Source of the DNA: Felis catus
Taxonomy: Eukaryota
DNA length: 64,000 bases
Direction: 5' to 3'
NCBI RefSeq assembly: GCF_018350175.1
Contig: NC_058368.1
Location: forward strand, 118,360,001-118,424,000
A program made the position numbers and the translations under genes. The notes beneath the pieces were generated by a model that was given only the letters and a program-made list of their open reading frames with translations, searched no databases and had not been told where the DNA came from. Numbering within the stretch: the stretch's first letter is position 1; each line of letters starts with the position of its first letter. Of this stretch, positions 37,088-51,008 are shown piece by piece.

Positions 37088-37275
37088 GGGGCGCCTGGGT
37101 GGCTCAGTTGGTTAAGCACCTGACTTTTGATTTTGGCTCAGGTCATGATCTCATAGTCCTGAGACTGAGTTGGACTTTGCGCTGGGCATGGAACATGCTT
37201 GGAATTCTCTCTCTCCCTCTCCTCCACCTCTGCTTACGTGTGCTCTCTCTCTCTCTCTCTCAAAAAAAGAAAAAA
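37088..37275 (+). mobile_element. Can-SINE
   Basis: ggggcgcctgggtggctcagttgg head, (CT)n and A-tail. Confidence 0.9.
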
Positions 37276-37384
37276 ATTCTTCTACTTTAATCCATTATCT
37301 TTATTGGATTGAATAAATTGCATTTAAATTGTAGTCCTCAACCTACTGACAGAGGTCTGAGGTCTCTTCCCTTCATTTTATGAT

Positions 37385-38741
37385 TAATAAGACAATATTT
37401 TTAGGGCAGTTTTAAGTTTACAGAACAGCTGAGTGGAAAGTATAGGGAGTTCTCATACCAGCCCTTCATACCTATTCCTCTCAATTTCCCCTGTCATTGA
37501 CACCTTGCATTAGTGTGGTGATAGGGTTATTCACTAAAATCCAAAGTTTACATCAGGGTCCATTCTTTGCATTGTACATTCTCTGGGTTTTGACAAATGT
37601 TAAATAACTTGTATTGCCCATTGCAGTATCATGCAGAATAGTTTCACTGCCCTAAAAATCCCCCGTGCTCCACTTATTCATTCCTGTGCCCCTGTTCTTG
37701 CAGTGACTGTTCTCTTTTACTATTTCCCTAGTTTTGCCTTTTCCAGAGTGTTATATGCTGGCGGCTGGAATCATAGGGTGGTTAGCCTTTCAGACTGACT
37801 TCTTTCATTTAGCAATATGCATTTAAAATTCCTTCATGTCTTTTTGTGGCTTAATAGCTCATTTCTTTTTATCACTGGCAAATACTCCTTTGGATGTACC
37901 ATATGAATGTATCCGCTTATTTATTGAAGGGCATCTTGGTTGCTTCCCAGTTTTGGCTGTTAGGAATAAAGCTGATACAAACATTTGTCTGAAGGTTCAT
38001 GTGTGGACATAGGCTTTTAACTCATTTGAGTAAATATCAAGGAGCACAACTGGCGGATCGAGTATTCCAGTTTTGTAAGAAACTGCCCAACTGTTTTCCA
38101 AAGTGTGGTGCCATTTTGCCTTCCTGTGAGTAAAGAATGAGCGTTCTTGTTGCTCTACATCCTCATCAGAATTTGGCGTTGTCAGGGGCGCCTGGGGGGC
38201 TCAGTTGGTTTAGCGTCCCACTTCACCTCAGGTCATGATCTCATGGTTCCTGGGTTCAAGCCCTGCATCAGGCTCCCTACTGATAAGGCAGAGTGTGCTT
38301 TGGATTTAGCTATTATAACAGGCCTGTAGTGGTGTCTCACTGTTTTTTAAATCTGTATTTCCTTAATGACATGATGTTGTGTATCTTTTCATATGTTTAT
38401 TTTCCAGCTGTGTATCTTCTTTGGTGAGGTGTCTCTTCTGATCTTTTGTTCATTTTTAAATTGGGTTGTTGGGGCGCCTGCGTGGCTCAGTCGGTTAAGC
38501 ATCCGGCTTTGGCTCAGGTTATGATCTCACAGTCTGTGAGCTCGAGCCCCGCATCGGGCTCTGTGCTGACAGCGCAGAGCCTGGAGCCTGCTTCCGATTC
38601 TGTGTCTCCCTCTCTCTCTGCCCCTCCCATACTCATGCTCTGCCTCTCTCTGTCTCAAAAATAAATAAAAACATTAAAAAAAATTAAAAAAAAAATAAAT
38701 TGGGTTGTTTCCTTATTGTTGAGTTTGTTGAGTATTGTTCC

Positions 38742-38775
<34 letters not shown>

Positions 38776-40370
38776 TAAAAGAAACATAACACAAAATTTA
38801 CCACTTTAACCTTTTGTAGGTGTACAGTTCATTGGTATTAAGTAGTTCTCAATGTTGTGTAACTATCAGTGCTATCACTTTGCAGAATTTTTTTGTTTTC
38901 CCAAACTGAAACTATGTAGCCATTAAACACTAACTGCTCATTCTCCCCTCCCCCCAATACCTGGTAACGTCTGTTCTGCTTTTTTTTCATGAGGTTGACT
39001 ACTCTGAGTACTTCATATTAGTGGAATAATACTGTACTTGACCATTTGTGCCTGGTTTATTTCTCTTAGCTTAATATCTTCAGAGTTCATCCATGTTGTA
39101 GCATGTGTCCGAATTTCATTCGTTTTTATGGCTGAATATCTTATTTGTTGGGCTATGATTATCCACAACTATCATGAAGAAAGACTATTCTTTCTCCTTT
39201 AAAATCTTAAAAAAACTTTTTTTCTCCTCTCCATTTTTTCCCCTCATGGATTGATCACTAGAAGTTAGGAATTGACCTATCCGTTTACAAATGCCTCTCA
39301 TGAACGTTATATTTATGTTTATTTATTATTGAGAAACAGACAGAGCACGAGCAGGGGAGGGGCAGAGAGAAGGGGAGACACAGAATCGGAAGCAGGCTCC
39401 AGGCTCCGAGCTGTCAACACAGAGCCCGACGCGGGGGCTCGAACTCACAAACCGCGGGATCATGACCTGAGCCGATGTCGGAGGTTTAACTGACTGAGCC
39501 ACCAGGCGCCCCTATGGTTATTCCTTTTAAAGTAGCCATTTGTTTCAAGGCAGCATGTTTTGGGGAGTTGTTTTAAGAGCTTTATTGAAGTATAAAATTC
39601 ACCAGTTTTAAGTGTACAGTTCATTTGTAGTTAGTTTGCAGAATTATGCAACCATCACCCCATTCCAGTTTTAGAACATTTCTTTCACCTCCAATTGGCA
39701 CTCTTTAGTCTCACCTCAAGCCTCAGACAACCGCTAATCTACTTTTTTCTACCCCTTATAGATTTGTTGTCTATGAAAAAGCTAAATTGAATCATACATT
39801 ATATGGTCTTTTGTATCCAGCTTCTTTCAGTTAGTGTAGTGTTTTTAGATTAATCTGTGTTGTGGCATGTGTTGCTTTGTTCCTTTTTATTGTTGAAGAG
39901 TATTCCATGTGTGAATCGTATTTTCTTGATCCATTCACCGTTTGATAGACATTTGGGTTCTCATTTTTGGCTCTTAGGAAAAATGCTTGCAGTGAACATT
40001 TGTGTACATGTCTTTGTGTGGACATATGTTTTCATTTCTTATTTCATTTCTTATCTGAAAGCAGAACTGCTAAGTTGTATGGTAAACTTATATTTAATTT
40101 TTAAAAACCTGCCAGTGTTTTCCACAGCAGAAACATCCTTTTAAATTCCCATTGGCTTTGTACAAAGGTTTCAGCTTGTCTGCATTATCACCAATACTTG
40201 TTATTGTCTGTCTTTCTGATTGCAGCCTTCCTAGTGGGTGTGAAGTGGTTAATCCTGGTTTTAATTTTCATTTTCCTGATGACTAATGATGTTGAGCGTA
40301 TTTCCATGTGCTTATTGACCAGTGGTGCATTTTCTTTGCTGAGATGTCTATGTAGATCTTTTTGTTGGGC
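37385..40370 (-). mobile_element. Mosaic of old antisense L1M 3' fragments interrupted by SINEs (38184-~38300 +, 38471-38695 +, ~39310-39512 -) and a (GT)n at 38744-38773
   Basis: Repeated antisense L1 motifs (gcagttttaagtttacaga, gttcatccatgttgtagcatg, ttcctgatgactaatgatgttgagc). Confidence 0.8.
38471..38695 (+). mobile_element. Can-SINE with perfect 14-bp TSD
   Basis: taaattgggttgtt at 38457-38470 and 38696-38709. Confidence 0.95.
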
Positions 40371-40784
40371 ACTGTCTTATGTCTTAGATTTTTCCCTTTA
40401 TTTTGTCCCATAAAACTTGATGATTAAGTGGACAGTGCTCAGTATATTTTCTTCATTTAGCCTCATTTGGGGACTTTTTGCTTCCATTTGCTTTAACCTC
40501 AGATGCATTTGAGTGATCAGTTTCAGGATCCCAGGGCTTAGGATGGTGGTTCTTTGGAGGCTGAATTTCTGGTTTCTGCTTTTATAAGGCTAGTTAGCAT
40601 CCCTCTGGGCAGAGGCCTCAGGCTGGACTTCCTAATTCTGGTCAATATAAGCTAATGATCACAAACCCCATGAACTGATGAAATGAGAATGGGTCAGGGA
40701 GGAACAGGGATCACCACTGAGCTGTTGGAGAAAGGGACTCATGAAGGTGACTTTATTATCTCATCAAGGCCATTGCATTTAAAA

Positions 40785-41423
40785 AGATTTTTTTAATGTT
40801 TAGTTTTGAGAGAGAGAGAGTGCAAGCAGGGGAAGGAGGGGCAGAGAGAAAGGGAGGCACTGAATCTGAAGCAGGCTTCAGGCTGTCAGCACAGAGCCTG
40901 ACATGGAGCTTGAACTCACAAACCGTGAGATCATGACCTGAGCTGAAGTCAGACGCTTAACCTACTGAGGCACCCAGGCACCCCAAGGACGCTGCATTTT
41001 AAAAAGCTATGCAAGGGAGAGATACCAATATGAAGCCAACAACGTGCTTTTTCTAGATTTAAATTTCTTTTTTCTTTTTCTTTTTTTTTAAACAATTTTT
41101 TAAAATGTTATTTGAGAGAGAGAGAGAGAGAGAGCGAGCATGAACGGGCAAGAGGAGCAGAGGGAGAGAATCTCAACCAGGTTCTACTAGGCTCAGCTCA
41201 ATGCGAGTCTCATCCCATGACACTGGGATCATGACTTGAGTGAAAATCAAGAGGCAGATGCTCAACTGAGCCACTCAGGTGCCCCTCATTTTTTTTTCTT
41301 TTTTTAAGTAGTCTTCACACCCATTATGGAGCCAATATGGGGCTTAAACTCATGACCCTGAGATCAAGACCTCAGCTGAGATTAAGAGTCAGAGACTTAA
41401 CCGACTGAACCACCCAGGTGCCC
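40785..41423 (-). mobile_element. Three antisense Can-SINEs (~40785-40984, ~41090-41285, short copy ~41290-41423)
   Basis: Three reverse-complement heads (caggcacccc, caggtgcccc, caggtgccc); agatttaaattt flanks the last two. Confidence 0.9.
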
Positions 41424-41519
41424 ACAGATTTAAATTTATGACTGTCCTTAGTTTTGATTTTTAAAATTATAACCCAGTGAATACCAAATGATACATTTTT
41501 TTGCTGTCAAGGAAGACTT

Positions 41520-42030
41520 TTATTCAACAAATATGGAGTCCTGCTCTGCTCTTAACATGTCCTACAAGACCTAGAGTAATGGCTTTTAGGGTGGCAGTAA
41601 CAGGTGCACAAGTCACAAGGTGGGAAAGTGCATGGTGTGTTGAGGACCCGCAGGGAGGCCAGTGTGGTTGGCAAACAATGATGGCAAATGAACAGGGAGA
41701 GAGTCTAGGAGCCAGGCCTTGTCTTGAGTCCCAAAACGAATTTTGGGTTTTATTCTAAGTGTAACTGGAAGCCATGGGAGGTTGTGATGTGATCCTACTT
41801 GTGTTTTTGGGAGATCCTGGGGGCCACCGTGTGTAGAATAGATACAGTGGGGCAAGAATCGCGTAGAGCCCACAGGATTTGCTGTTTGATTCTTAAACAG
41901 TGAAGGTTCTTAAACAGTGAAGTCAAGAATGATTCAAATGTTCTGGCTTTAGCAGTTACGTGAATGATGGTGCTATTTTCTGAAGTAAAGATGACTTGGG
42001 GATGATGAGATTTGGGGTGGAAGTTAACCA
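41520..42030 (-). mobile_element. L2 fragments
   Basis: tttattcaacaaatat, ggaggccagtgtgg, tttgggttttattctaagtg...gaagccat and gtcaagaatgattc motifs. Confidence 0.7.
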
Positions 42031-43258
42031 TGTGAATGAATGACCTAATCTTATAGTACAAAGGTGAAAAAAATTACACAGATAGTTCACGAATACATTG
42101 TCTTAATAGCATCAAAGAATATGGAAATGTAAAGAACCCACTTTCCTGACAACCAACTGTCAACTGTTTGATACGCCTTTTTTTCTTCTTTTTTGTATGT
42201 GTATTTTTTTCTCCATAAATGGGATTATACTATATAAATTATTCTGTGTTTTGCTTTTCTGGTTAATACTATGACTTAGACCTCTTCCATGTCAGTACCT
42301 GTACATAGTATATTCTTTTTAATATCTGCAGAGAATTCTGCTATGTGGATACACCATGGCTTATTTACCTTGTCTCCTCTTGAAAGATAATTTGGATTGT
42401 CTAGGTTTTTCACTATTAGAGAAAGTGCTGCAGGGATCATATGCACACGTACCTTTGTGGGTACGTTCTAACATTTCCATGGGATAAAGGATTCCAGGAT
42501 CCTTGAACATTCCTGGAAGGTTCCTCAATATGGAATTATTGCCAGCCTCCAAGTTTTATAAGCCCTTTGACATCTATTGTTTAGGTCCTTTGCATCTGTA
42601 TAGTCAGTTTGTATTTGTCTCTTGCTCATTTGAGTGTGTTAGATTATGTTTCTGAAGCTTAACCTTTTGCTTAAATTGGAAGCATCCTTAAAAAAAAACA
42701 GGCCTTTCTGTTAGGCACTGATATGAATTCTAAAAGAACCACAGCCTGTGAAAAAAAAATCTGGTGTGTGTGTATTTGTGTGTGTGGGGGGGGTAGGGGG
42801 TGGGGGGGAGGGGGGGAGACAGAGATTACAATTAATTGGCTGTGTCCTAATTAGCTTTGGACCCATCCATTGTGTTTTCTAAGCTCCAGGTTCTTAGGGA
42901 TAAAATGGGAGACGGGGTGGGGCTTTGCCCATATCTAATAGGCTATTCCAACCTCAAATTTCAGAGACCAAGAAGGAAATCACATTTGTTAGGGTGAGAA
43001 AAACAGCATTAGTGGCCAGAGGAATGTTTACAAATTTGAGTCACAGGGATTTACACATTTGTGTAGAAACCCAGAGTGGAGAAATAGAGGAAATATTAGG
43101 GAAAACAGCTTGGCAGTGTGGGCCAGAAGCTGTCACGGCGTGTTTACATCTGGCTCATTTCACCTTGGTTGGAAGGCACAGAATGCTTCAGCGGGTGAGC
43201 TTGGAGACCCGGCAGTTGCCTGCTATATTTAGAAAGAGGAGATTCCTGAGGTTAGAGT

Positions 43259-43259
<1 letters not shown>

Positions 43260-43310
<51 letters not shown>
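43260..43310. repeat. (GT)n microsatellite, ~25 units
   Basis: Uninterrupted GT run. Confidence 0.97.
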
Positions 43311-43316
<6 letters not shown>

Positions 43317-43807
43317 TTACCAGATGGACAAAGGTTTTAGGAGCTTGGGAATTCTGGACTAAACCTTGTTAACCAGCTGGCTTCTCTGGGCCAAGCCAGT
43401 AGCTGCACTTTGACTCCTGCTGCTGCCACAAAAGAAACGCCAAAATAAACTCCATTTTACATGGTTGTAAAGACATCACAGGTAAATTTCAAAGCTCATC
43501 TGATCTTGCTGTCAGATGTGCTTTTATGTTTACTCTAGGCTAATTTGAACACTTTGAATCTCTGAACTGGCTCCTCCTGTGAGACTTTAGATAGATTTCC
43601 AGGCAGATTGAGTTAGCTTGAGGGATTTTCTGTGCCATGGAGACAGTCAAGCAGATAGGGCTAAAACCTAAACTGAGCCCTCACTGAGTATCTCATTATT
43701 GCATTTGTGGGACAAGAGGAGAAAATGATTATCAGTTCAGCAAATAAAATTAAAAGGGCGTTTTTACTTTAATTCATATCTGTGTTTCTTTTAAAAAAGT
43801 TTATCTA

Positions 43808-44435
43808 ATGGGAATGCAAGCTGGTGCAGCCACTCTGGAAAACGGTATGGAGGCTCCTCAAAAAACTAAAAATAGAACTACCCTGTGACCCAGCAATTGC
43901 ACTACTAGGCATTTATCCAAGGGATACAGGTGTGCTGTTTTGAAGGGACACATGCACCCCCCCATGTTTATAGCAGCACTATCCACAATAGCCAAAGTAT
44001 GGAAAGAGCCCACATGTCCATCGATGGATGAATGGATAAAGAAGATGTGGTATATATATACAATGGAGTATAACTCGGCAATCCAAAAGAATGAAATCTT
44101 GCCATTTGCAACTATGTGGATGGAACTGGAGGGTATTAAGCTAAGTGAAATTAGAGAAACAAAAATCATATGATTTCACTCATATGAGGACTTGAAGAGA
44201 CATAACAGATGAATATAAGGGAAGGGAAACAAAAACAATATAAAAACAGGGAGGGGGACAAAACAGAAGAGACTCATAAATATGGAGAACAAACTGAGGG
44301 TCACTGGAGGGGTTGTGGGAGGGGGGATGGGCTAAATGGGTAAGGGGCACTAAGGAATCTACTCCTGAAATCATTGTTGCACTATATGCTAACTAATTGG
44401 GATGTAAATTCAAAAAAATGAAAACTAAAATTAAA
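43808..44435 (+). mobile_element. 5'-truncated carnivore/feline L1 3' end with TSD
   Basis: Encodes PMFIAALSTIAKVWKEPTCPSMDEWIKKMWYIYTMEY (L1 ORF2 C-terminus); TSD aaaaaagttta at 43793-43803 and 44436-44446. Confidence 0.95.
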
Positions 44436-46539
44436 AAAAAAGTTTAGGTAATACCTATAAATGGTACATCGTTCAAAAGGGCAGAGAAGAATTCCAATGT
44501 CCCTCCAATTCCTCTTGCCTTCTGATGTCAAGTGCTTCTCCTGGAGGCAACATTTTACCATGTCTTGCGATTTTTTCAGATAAAATGTATGCATGTGCCA
44601 GAAAATACATATTTATATATTTTTCTGGAGCATGCCATATGCACTGTTTTGCATATATTTGCATATTGCACAGTCTTAATATATTTTAGATCTTATTGTA
44701 CATTGATACATATAGAGCTACTCATTTTTAGCATTACATTGTGCTCCATTGAATGGAGTACAGATAACAGTTTCTTTAACCAGCTCCCTAATGATAGATG
44801 TTTAGATGATTTCCAACATTTTACTATTACCAGAACATCTTGGTACGTTCACAGGCACATGAGTGGGTAGATCTGTAGGACAAATCCTACAAATGGAGCT
44901 GCTGGGCCAAAGGGTATGTACAGTTTTCATTTTGATAAAGATTCCACAGGAGTGTTTCTGGAAAGTTCTGAGTGAACTGAATTTTATAAATCATGAGTTT
45001 AGAGTAGGAAGGAAACTGACTAGTTTATTACTAAGTAGTCTCTGTAATTAAACAATGCTTAGAGTTTTCTCCATTTCTTACTCCCCAGTCTGTATGTAGC
45101 AGTGGTTCTGGGATTAAAAGCCACAACAAAATCTTTCCCTAAAATGAGATACAGCTGTAACTAGGAACCACTTGAATGTAGGGCTCCAGAGAACTCGTTT
45201 GCATTACTAGTGAGGGTGCCATTCAGTTTTTTGTGCAGTGTGTGATTATTCAGGAAGTTTGGCAGGTATTAAAGGAGGATAGTCTCCTACCTTTGACTGG
45301 AGAACACGACTTTGGGCCAGTATATGTACTTGTCTGTCAGCAAGGCTTCTCTGCGCTGTGGAATTTCTGGAGAGTGGTGAGGGAGCAGAGTGTTTTATCC
45401 GACTTCTCTCTTGCAGTTTCCTCTTCCTTGGTCAGCCCTTGTCTCTCTGGAGGATAGGATTGTGCCACCTGTCCTGGGTGGTGTCTGTTTCATTGCCTGT
45501 GACACAGCTTATGTTGGGGTGGAATGTTCTTGGTGGCAGGGTTTCTGAGACGGGGCTGGCACAATCACTGTCCTCCAAGTGCTCAGCATCTTGAGAGGAG
45601 GCCGAGGAAACACAGACAGTCCACAGTACAATTAGTTCAAAAAGTCCTGGAGGAAAGAGGCAAGAACTCCGGAAAAGGCAGGTGAAGGCTTATCAAGTCC
45701 AAGGAGCCAGTGTTCTTAGTGATAAGTCAATTAAAACTACCTCTGTTCTTTTTGCCCCACCTTTACCACTGTTTATTTACTTTGAAAAAGTCTATTAAAA
45801 AGTACATTCATTTCAAAAGGGAACTTTATAGCATTCCAAAATGACACATTGGATGTAGTTAGCAATATTTTTTCTAAAACGTCTTCACATAGTTATTAAA
45901 TCATGATCATTAAATTGAAAATTATTTGTTATTGTATCACCTAAAATGCTCCCATATTTTACCAGTGATTTGAGCTTTACTCTGCTTAACACTGTCCCAA
46001 GGCAGAAATGTGTGACAAAATGGATACCATCTGCTCATGGTGCCTGGAAGGAAGGGGAGGAGAGGTGAGGACGTGCTTCTCAGACCAGGTACAGGTGTCA
46101 GGGGAGGTGGCATTGTGCCGGGGAAAATACAAAGCAAGCGGCAGGGAGAACACTTTGCTGAAAATCTGATTCACTCAGTGTAATCATTATTTGAATATTC
46201 AAACAAGCTGATTAATATAATGCAAAATTCCATGGCATTTTCCCAAGGAGACATGCTGGTGTGGGCGAAGAGGAGAACACGTTGTCAACAGTGGACCAAG
46301 GACGGAGGAGTCCGGGTGTTTTTAGTTTCTATGTTAGGTCCTGGGGGTATGGCTGAACTCTGTATTCTAGAACTGTGGTGTGTGATAGGGGCTATGGGGC
46401 TAAGTAAGGTTTGTCCTTACTAAGTTGGTCCCATGGAACATATAGGTAGAGGCACCTACAAGGCAGTGGGAAGCACAGGTCTGATATTCTGAGAAGACAT
46501 GGTGGGTTACTGGTTTGGGTCTCACCAGGTGCTATTAGA

Positions 46540-46703
46540 AACCCGGGCCGTATTTCTCGGCCTTAGCTGCCCATTGAAATCACCTGAAGATCCAGGACTC
46601 ATCCCAGGAGTTGCTGATATAGTTTGGGTTGCCAGCTGAGCGTGGGGAATTTTCAAAGCTTCCCAGGTGATTCTAATGTGCCGGAAAGGCGGAGAACCAC
46701 TGG
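46540..46703. mobile_element. MER5-like hAT relic (similar relics at ~47040-47200 and ~60690-60800)
   Basis: cattgaaatcacctg ... aaagcttcccaggtgattctaatgtg ... gagaaccactgg. Confidence 0.7.
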
Positions 46704-49700
46704 CTTGGAATAAGACGAGAGCAGAGGCGAAAATCACGGTGGGTAGCAACATTCAGCAGAGCAGGTAGGTGGGAGAGTGTTGGAGAGATCTTTGCTCTGA
46801 TGACAGGGTGTTTTATTTTGCCCACTTTGGGTGAGGGCTTGCCCAAAGGCCCTTGGATTTGACATTGGAAGTGAAACTGCAGAATGCCTATGTGCGGGAG
46901 TGATATCCTCCTTATAATATTGTGAGGAGTAAACCAGAGAATTGTATCACGCTTTGCAGAGTAAACTGGCACATGGTAAGTGCCCTATCATTGGCATGTG
47001 CCACTGGTGACCTTTCTATAGACTGTTCTTGTTCTAAGGTGGTGGTTCTTAAACACGAATTTGTGTAAAAATTCCCTTAACTAAGGGAAGGATTCCTGGT
47101 CTTTCCCAGGGATATTCTGATATGTGAGCTCTAGGGTAAGGTCTGGAAATCTGCATTCCTCACAGGGCCCCCAGGTGATTTGCATGGAGGGGGTCCTTGG
47201 AATTGGTCAGGAGAAGATTTTACATAAACCTTGTTTCAAATCCTCTGTCCCCTTTTAATGCACATAGCTTTGCTAGCTGGCGTCACGTTGGGACCTCTCA
47301 GGTTTCTGGAAGGAGCCAGTATGGCAGGTCGAGGAACCTAGGAACTGTTTGAGGGGGTACAAGTTCTAGTGACTTCAGAACGTCTCAGCATGTGGCTTCA
47401 TGCCTGGGGTCTAGTTGTTTGATGAGCTTGGCCTGTGAGTCTGGACCCTCCTGTAGCATTGGTGGGTGGGGGGAGGTGAGGAAGCTCCTGAAAGGAAACG
47501 TTATGTTCATGGGCAATCACAGGACAAACGTTTTTTCCCACAGTGAGTCTTGGGCGCTTTTGTTGGGGTTAAAGTCATTTGGGGCAGAGCCTGTAATTAT
47601 GTTGCACATTTTTTTCTTTAAAAACATTCAGGAAGCATAATGAGCTGGCTGAGCTGTTAGACTGCTCCAGGGGACTCGAGTTTGGGGTGGCTTAGGAGGG
47701 AGACTGGCTTGAGGGCTCTGGAGGGTGAGGTGCAAACCCAGATCACTGATCTCTTCCCCTCCGGTCTGGAAGGTGTGCCCTTGGGGCAACTCATTTCTGG
47801 CAACAGCTTTTTCCTTATCTCTCTTTCGATCTCAGCTGGTTCTCAGCAGAGGGGAGGGTGACAGCACACCACAGCCCTGCTGGTGAGACCCCTGGGCCTC
47901 ACTGTGAGGAGCCCAGGGCTGCTTTCACTCTCTTGTTTGCCGCTTCTGTGGACTGCTCTCCTAAAGGCAGGGCTTTCTTGCGTTTTTATCTGACGAGTGC
48001 ACTGAGATGTGTGCCATACATGCTGCCGTGGGCTGCTTATTCAGCAGATCACCAGCCTCACAACTCCTGCTGTGTGCAATATGGAGGCCTCTGCACCTGC
48101 AGCCTTGCCCTGCTCCTGCCGCGCCCCAATGCCTCTGGCTTCCTGGCTTGGCCTTGGAGGCTTCAGACAGCTTTGCCTGCTGAGGTCCCTGGGCCCTCTG
48201 ACCGAAGTCGCCTTGAGCTCAGCCTGCAGGGTCAGCAAGCTACCATGTTGCCAGGTCCGTTTAGAGCAACAAGATGGTTCTCTTTCTGGAAAGAAATCCT
48301 GTTTCCTCTTTACAGAGCCAGCATGCGTGTAATCAGTTCCTCAGCAGGGAAGCTCTGCTCCACTGCATAGAAAATTGGAGTGGAACCCAGAGCTTTTGGC
48401 CTCAGTGCCTTTTGGGATATGACTTTGGCTTGCTACTCATCTCCCCCACCTCTTCTGGCCAGCATAACTTCACACTACACCGCAGTGAAAAGACAAAAAC
48501 AGGGCTTGAGGCTTTTGTGCTTGGGGCAGCACAGAGTTCAAGCATGAAGATGATCACCAGCTGAGGATAACTTCAAATTGGCTTGTTTCCACAAGTCTGG
48601 GTTCTGAATGTTGGGATCTAATCTTTCCTCTCTCCTTCAATCTGGACAACTGAGTCTCTAAGAAAGAAGAATGAAATGTTTTTTGATGGTTATCTGAAAT
48701 GAGAACCTTGTGAAATGTTAAGAGGGAGAAGGATGAGTCATGTCTCTTAATGTGACACCTCAAGCAGTCCTATTACTGAGCTCCCCAAATGTGCCAGCGT
48801 TGGGGTTAGGCAGTGGTGGGTGGAGACCTTGGAGGTCCTTTCTTAGGATTTTTTTTTTTTAAGCAGCTTTGTTGAGATAAAATTCACACACCACACAATT
48901 CACTTATCTCAGTGTACAGTTCATGGCTTTTAGTATATTCACAGAATTTTTTATCCATCTCCACGATTAATTTTAGAACATTTCACCATCCCCCAAAGAC
49001 AGCCAGCCGTACTCCTTAGCCATCATCCCCTGTCCTTCCCATCCCCCTCGCCTTAGGCACCCACTTCCTTAGGATTTTAAAGTGTGGTGCTGTCCTGTCA
49101 GCCTTGGTTCTTGATCTTGTTCAGCCACATATCCTTTTCCTTTGGTGCGTCCAGACATCTTGCAGCTCCCAGGAATGCTGTGATTTCAATGCCAGGATGT
49201 TTGGATCTGGCAGTCAGTTTTTCTCTCTTCTGCTTTGAATAGATTTGCTAGTGCAGCAGGGCTAAATCACATTCATTCATGAGCGCGTACAGGTCTCTGG
49301 TTTGGGAGTTCTTTCATCATGTGTCGTGGCTCTGATCTTGCCCCGAAGAGGGCAATTTCCCGGTGACAGTGGGAAGGAAGAACCCAACACCCAGTAGTAG
49401 GTAGGTGCATTGTTTTGAGCAAAAGAGTGGAACTTTTGTTTGTACAGAGGGGAAAAAAAATTCCGATACTCCTCTGATTGGCATAATTGGATTTGCAGAG
49501 TTTTCGGGTTTAACCATTTTTGGAGCTATTGACAAATAGGTGTCTTATGTGCTGAAATAATGATGGTTTGGGTGTTGAAGGTTTTAACCTGGAAGTACTG
49601 TGCTTCTTAATTACCAAAGTGCTTGTCTTCTAAGACATTCCAGCCCAAATGTAGATAACATGTTTTCACCCTCTGTGTTTTCACTCTCATTTGCTTCCTT

Positions 49701-50794
49701 CCTTTTCATTTCCTCTTTCTCCCTCTCATTCTTTGATTATCTGCCATTCTTCCATCCTCATGGTGGCCTTGCCAAAGGGTCAACGAAGTGACTGATCTCC
49801 CTATCTGGGTGATGGGAAAAACAAAGCCTTTTGTAAATGTGAATGACCTGAAAATGGTATGTGGAGTTTAGGAATTATAGCTAAAGAGATCATCAGATTT
49901 AAGGTGACTGTGAATGTATAGAACCAGAAAGAAGTATGAACTGGGAATGGTCCCATTTTATAAAAATACACTGTCTGGGGTGTTCTTTCCTGATACACAT
50001 CCTGTGTTAGGTTTCAAAGGTGAAAGGACACACTCAGAGCCAGGGTGGGTACAGAATGTCTTGCTCACTGGTTGAGCCATGTGGACAGCATTTAGGTACT
50101 TATTTTCTGCTTGTCTAATGGGATCTGACAAAAGCCTCAAGTTCCCATTTTTATCATTGGGGTAGAGGGTGCTATGAAAATTGTCTTTAACAGAAGTAGG
50201 TCAGTGACTTAGATTTGAAGAAGATAAATTTGGGGACACCGAATGAGAACATGTTATTTGGGTTAGTTGAACAGTTCCAGGTATAATTATGTATGTATAA
50301 TGCCAATTAGGGACCTAGAATCCTATTTGGGGTAGGTCAGAGAACTAAGTGATACCTGAGTCTTTGTAGGTGTTCCGTCTAGAATTTCCAGAAATAATGT
50401 ATTTTGGACAAATTGCGCAGAGACCTGGATACCATGGTTTACATCTCCCTCCCTTGAGCCAACTCCTTAGTTCACAAAGCCATTAACAGCAAAAAAAACC
50501 CAGGATGCCCCTTTAGTTTCTTGTGAGGCATGTATTCTCTAGTCTTGTCATGAAAAAAAAAAAATTAACCAGTTGAAAGTCAAACTTTTTTTCTGATATT
50601 ATAGGTAATACATATTCATTAGCAAAAATGTAGAAATTACAGATGAATAAAAGAGGAAAATGCAAATCATACCAATAGTCTGTTAGAGATCCTCATTTTG
50701 GCTTTATAACCTGTACTCACTAGAACTGCTTTCTAAGATTGTTTTAGTGGCCACATAATATTCCAGGATTGCTGTGTCAAGACTTGTTGAAATA

Positions 50795-51008
50795 GGGGCA
50801 CCTGGGTGGCTCAGTTGGTTGAGCGTCGGACTTCAGCTCAGGTCATGACCTCATGGTTCGTGAGTTCGAGCCCCACGTCGGGCTCTGTGCTGATAGCTCA
50901 GAGCCTGGAGCCTGCTTCAGGTTCTGTGTATCCCTCTCTGCCCCTTCCCTACTCGCACTCTGTGTGTGTGTCTCTCTCTCAACAATAAATAAACATTAAA
51001 AAAAAAAA
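50795..51008 (+). mobile_element. Can-SINE with TSD
   Basis: aagactt(g/c)ttgaaata at 50779-50794 and 51009-51024. Confidence 0.95.

Noticed and set aside
47858..48370. 170-aa ORF in a GC-richer, apparently repeat-free intronic stretch
   Set aside because: GTG start, no recognisable domain and no resemblance to ARHGAP26 exon 2; it could be regulatory but sequence alone cannot show that.
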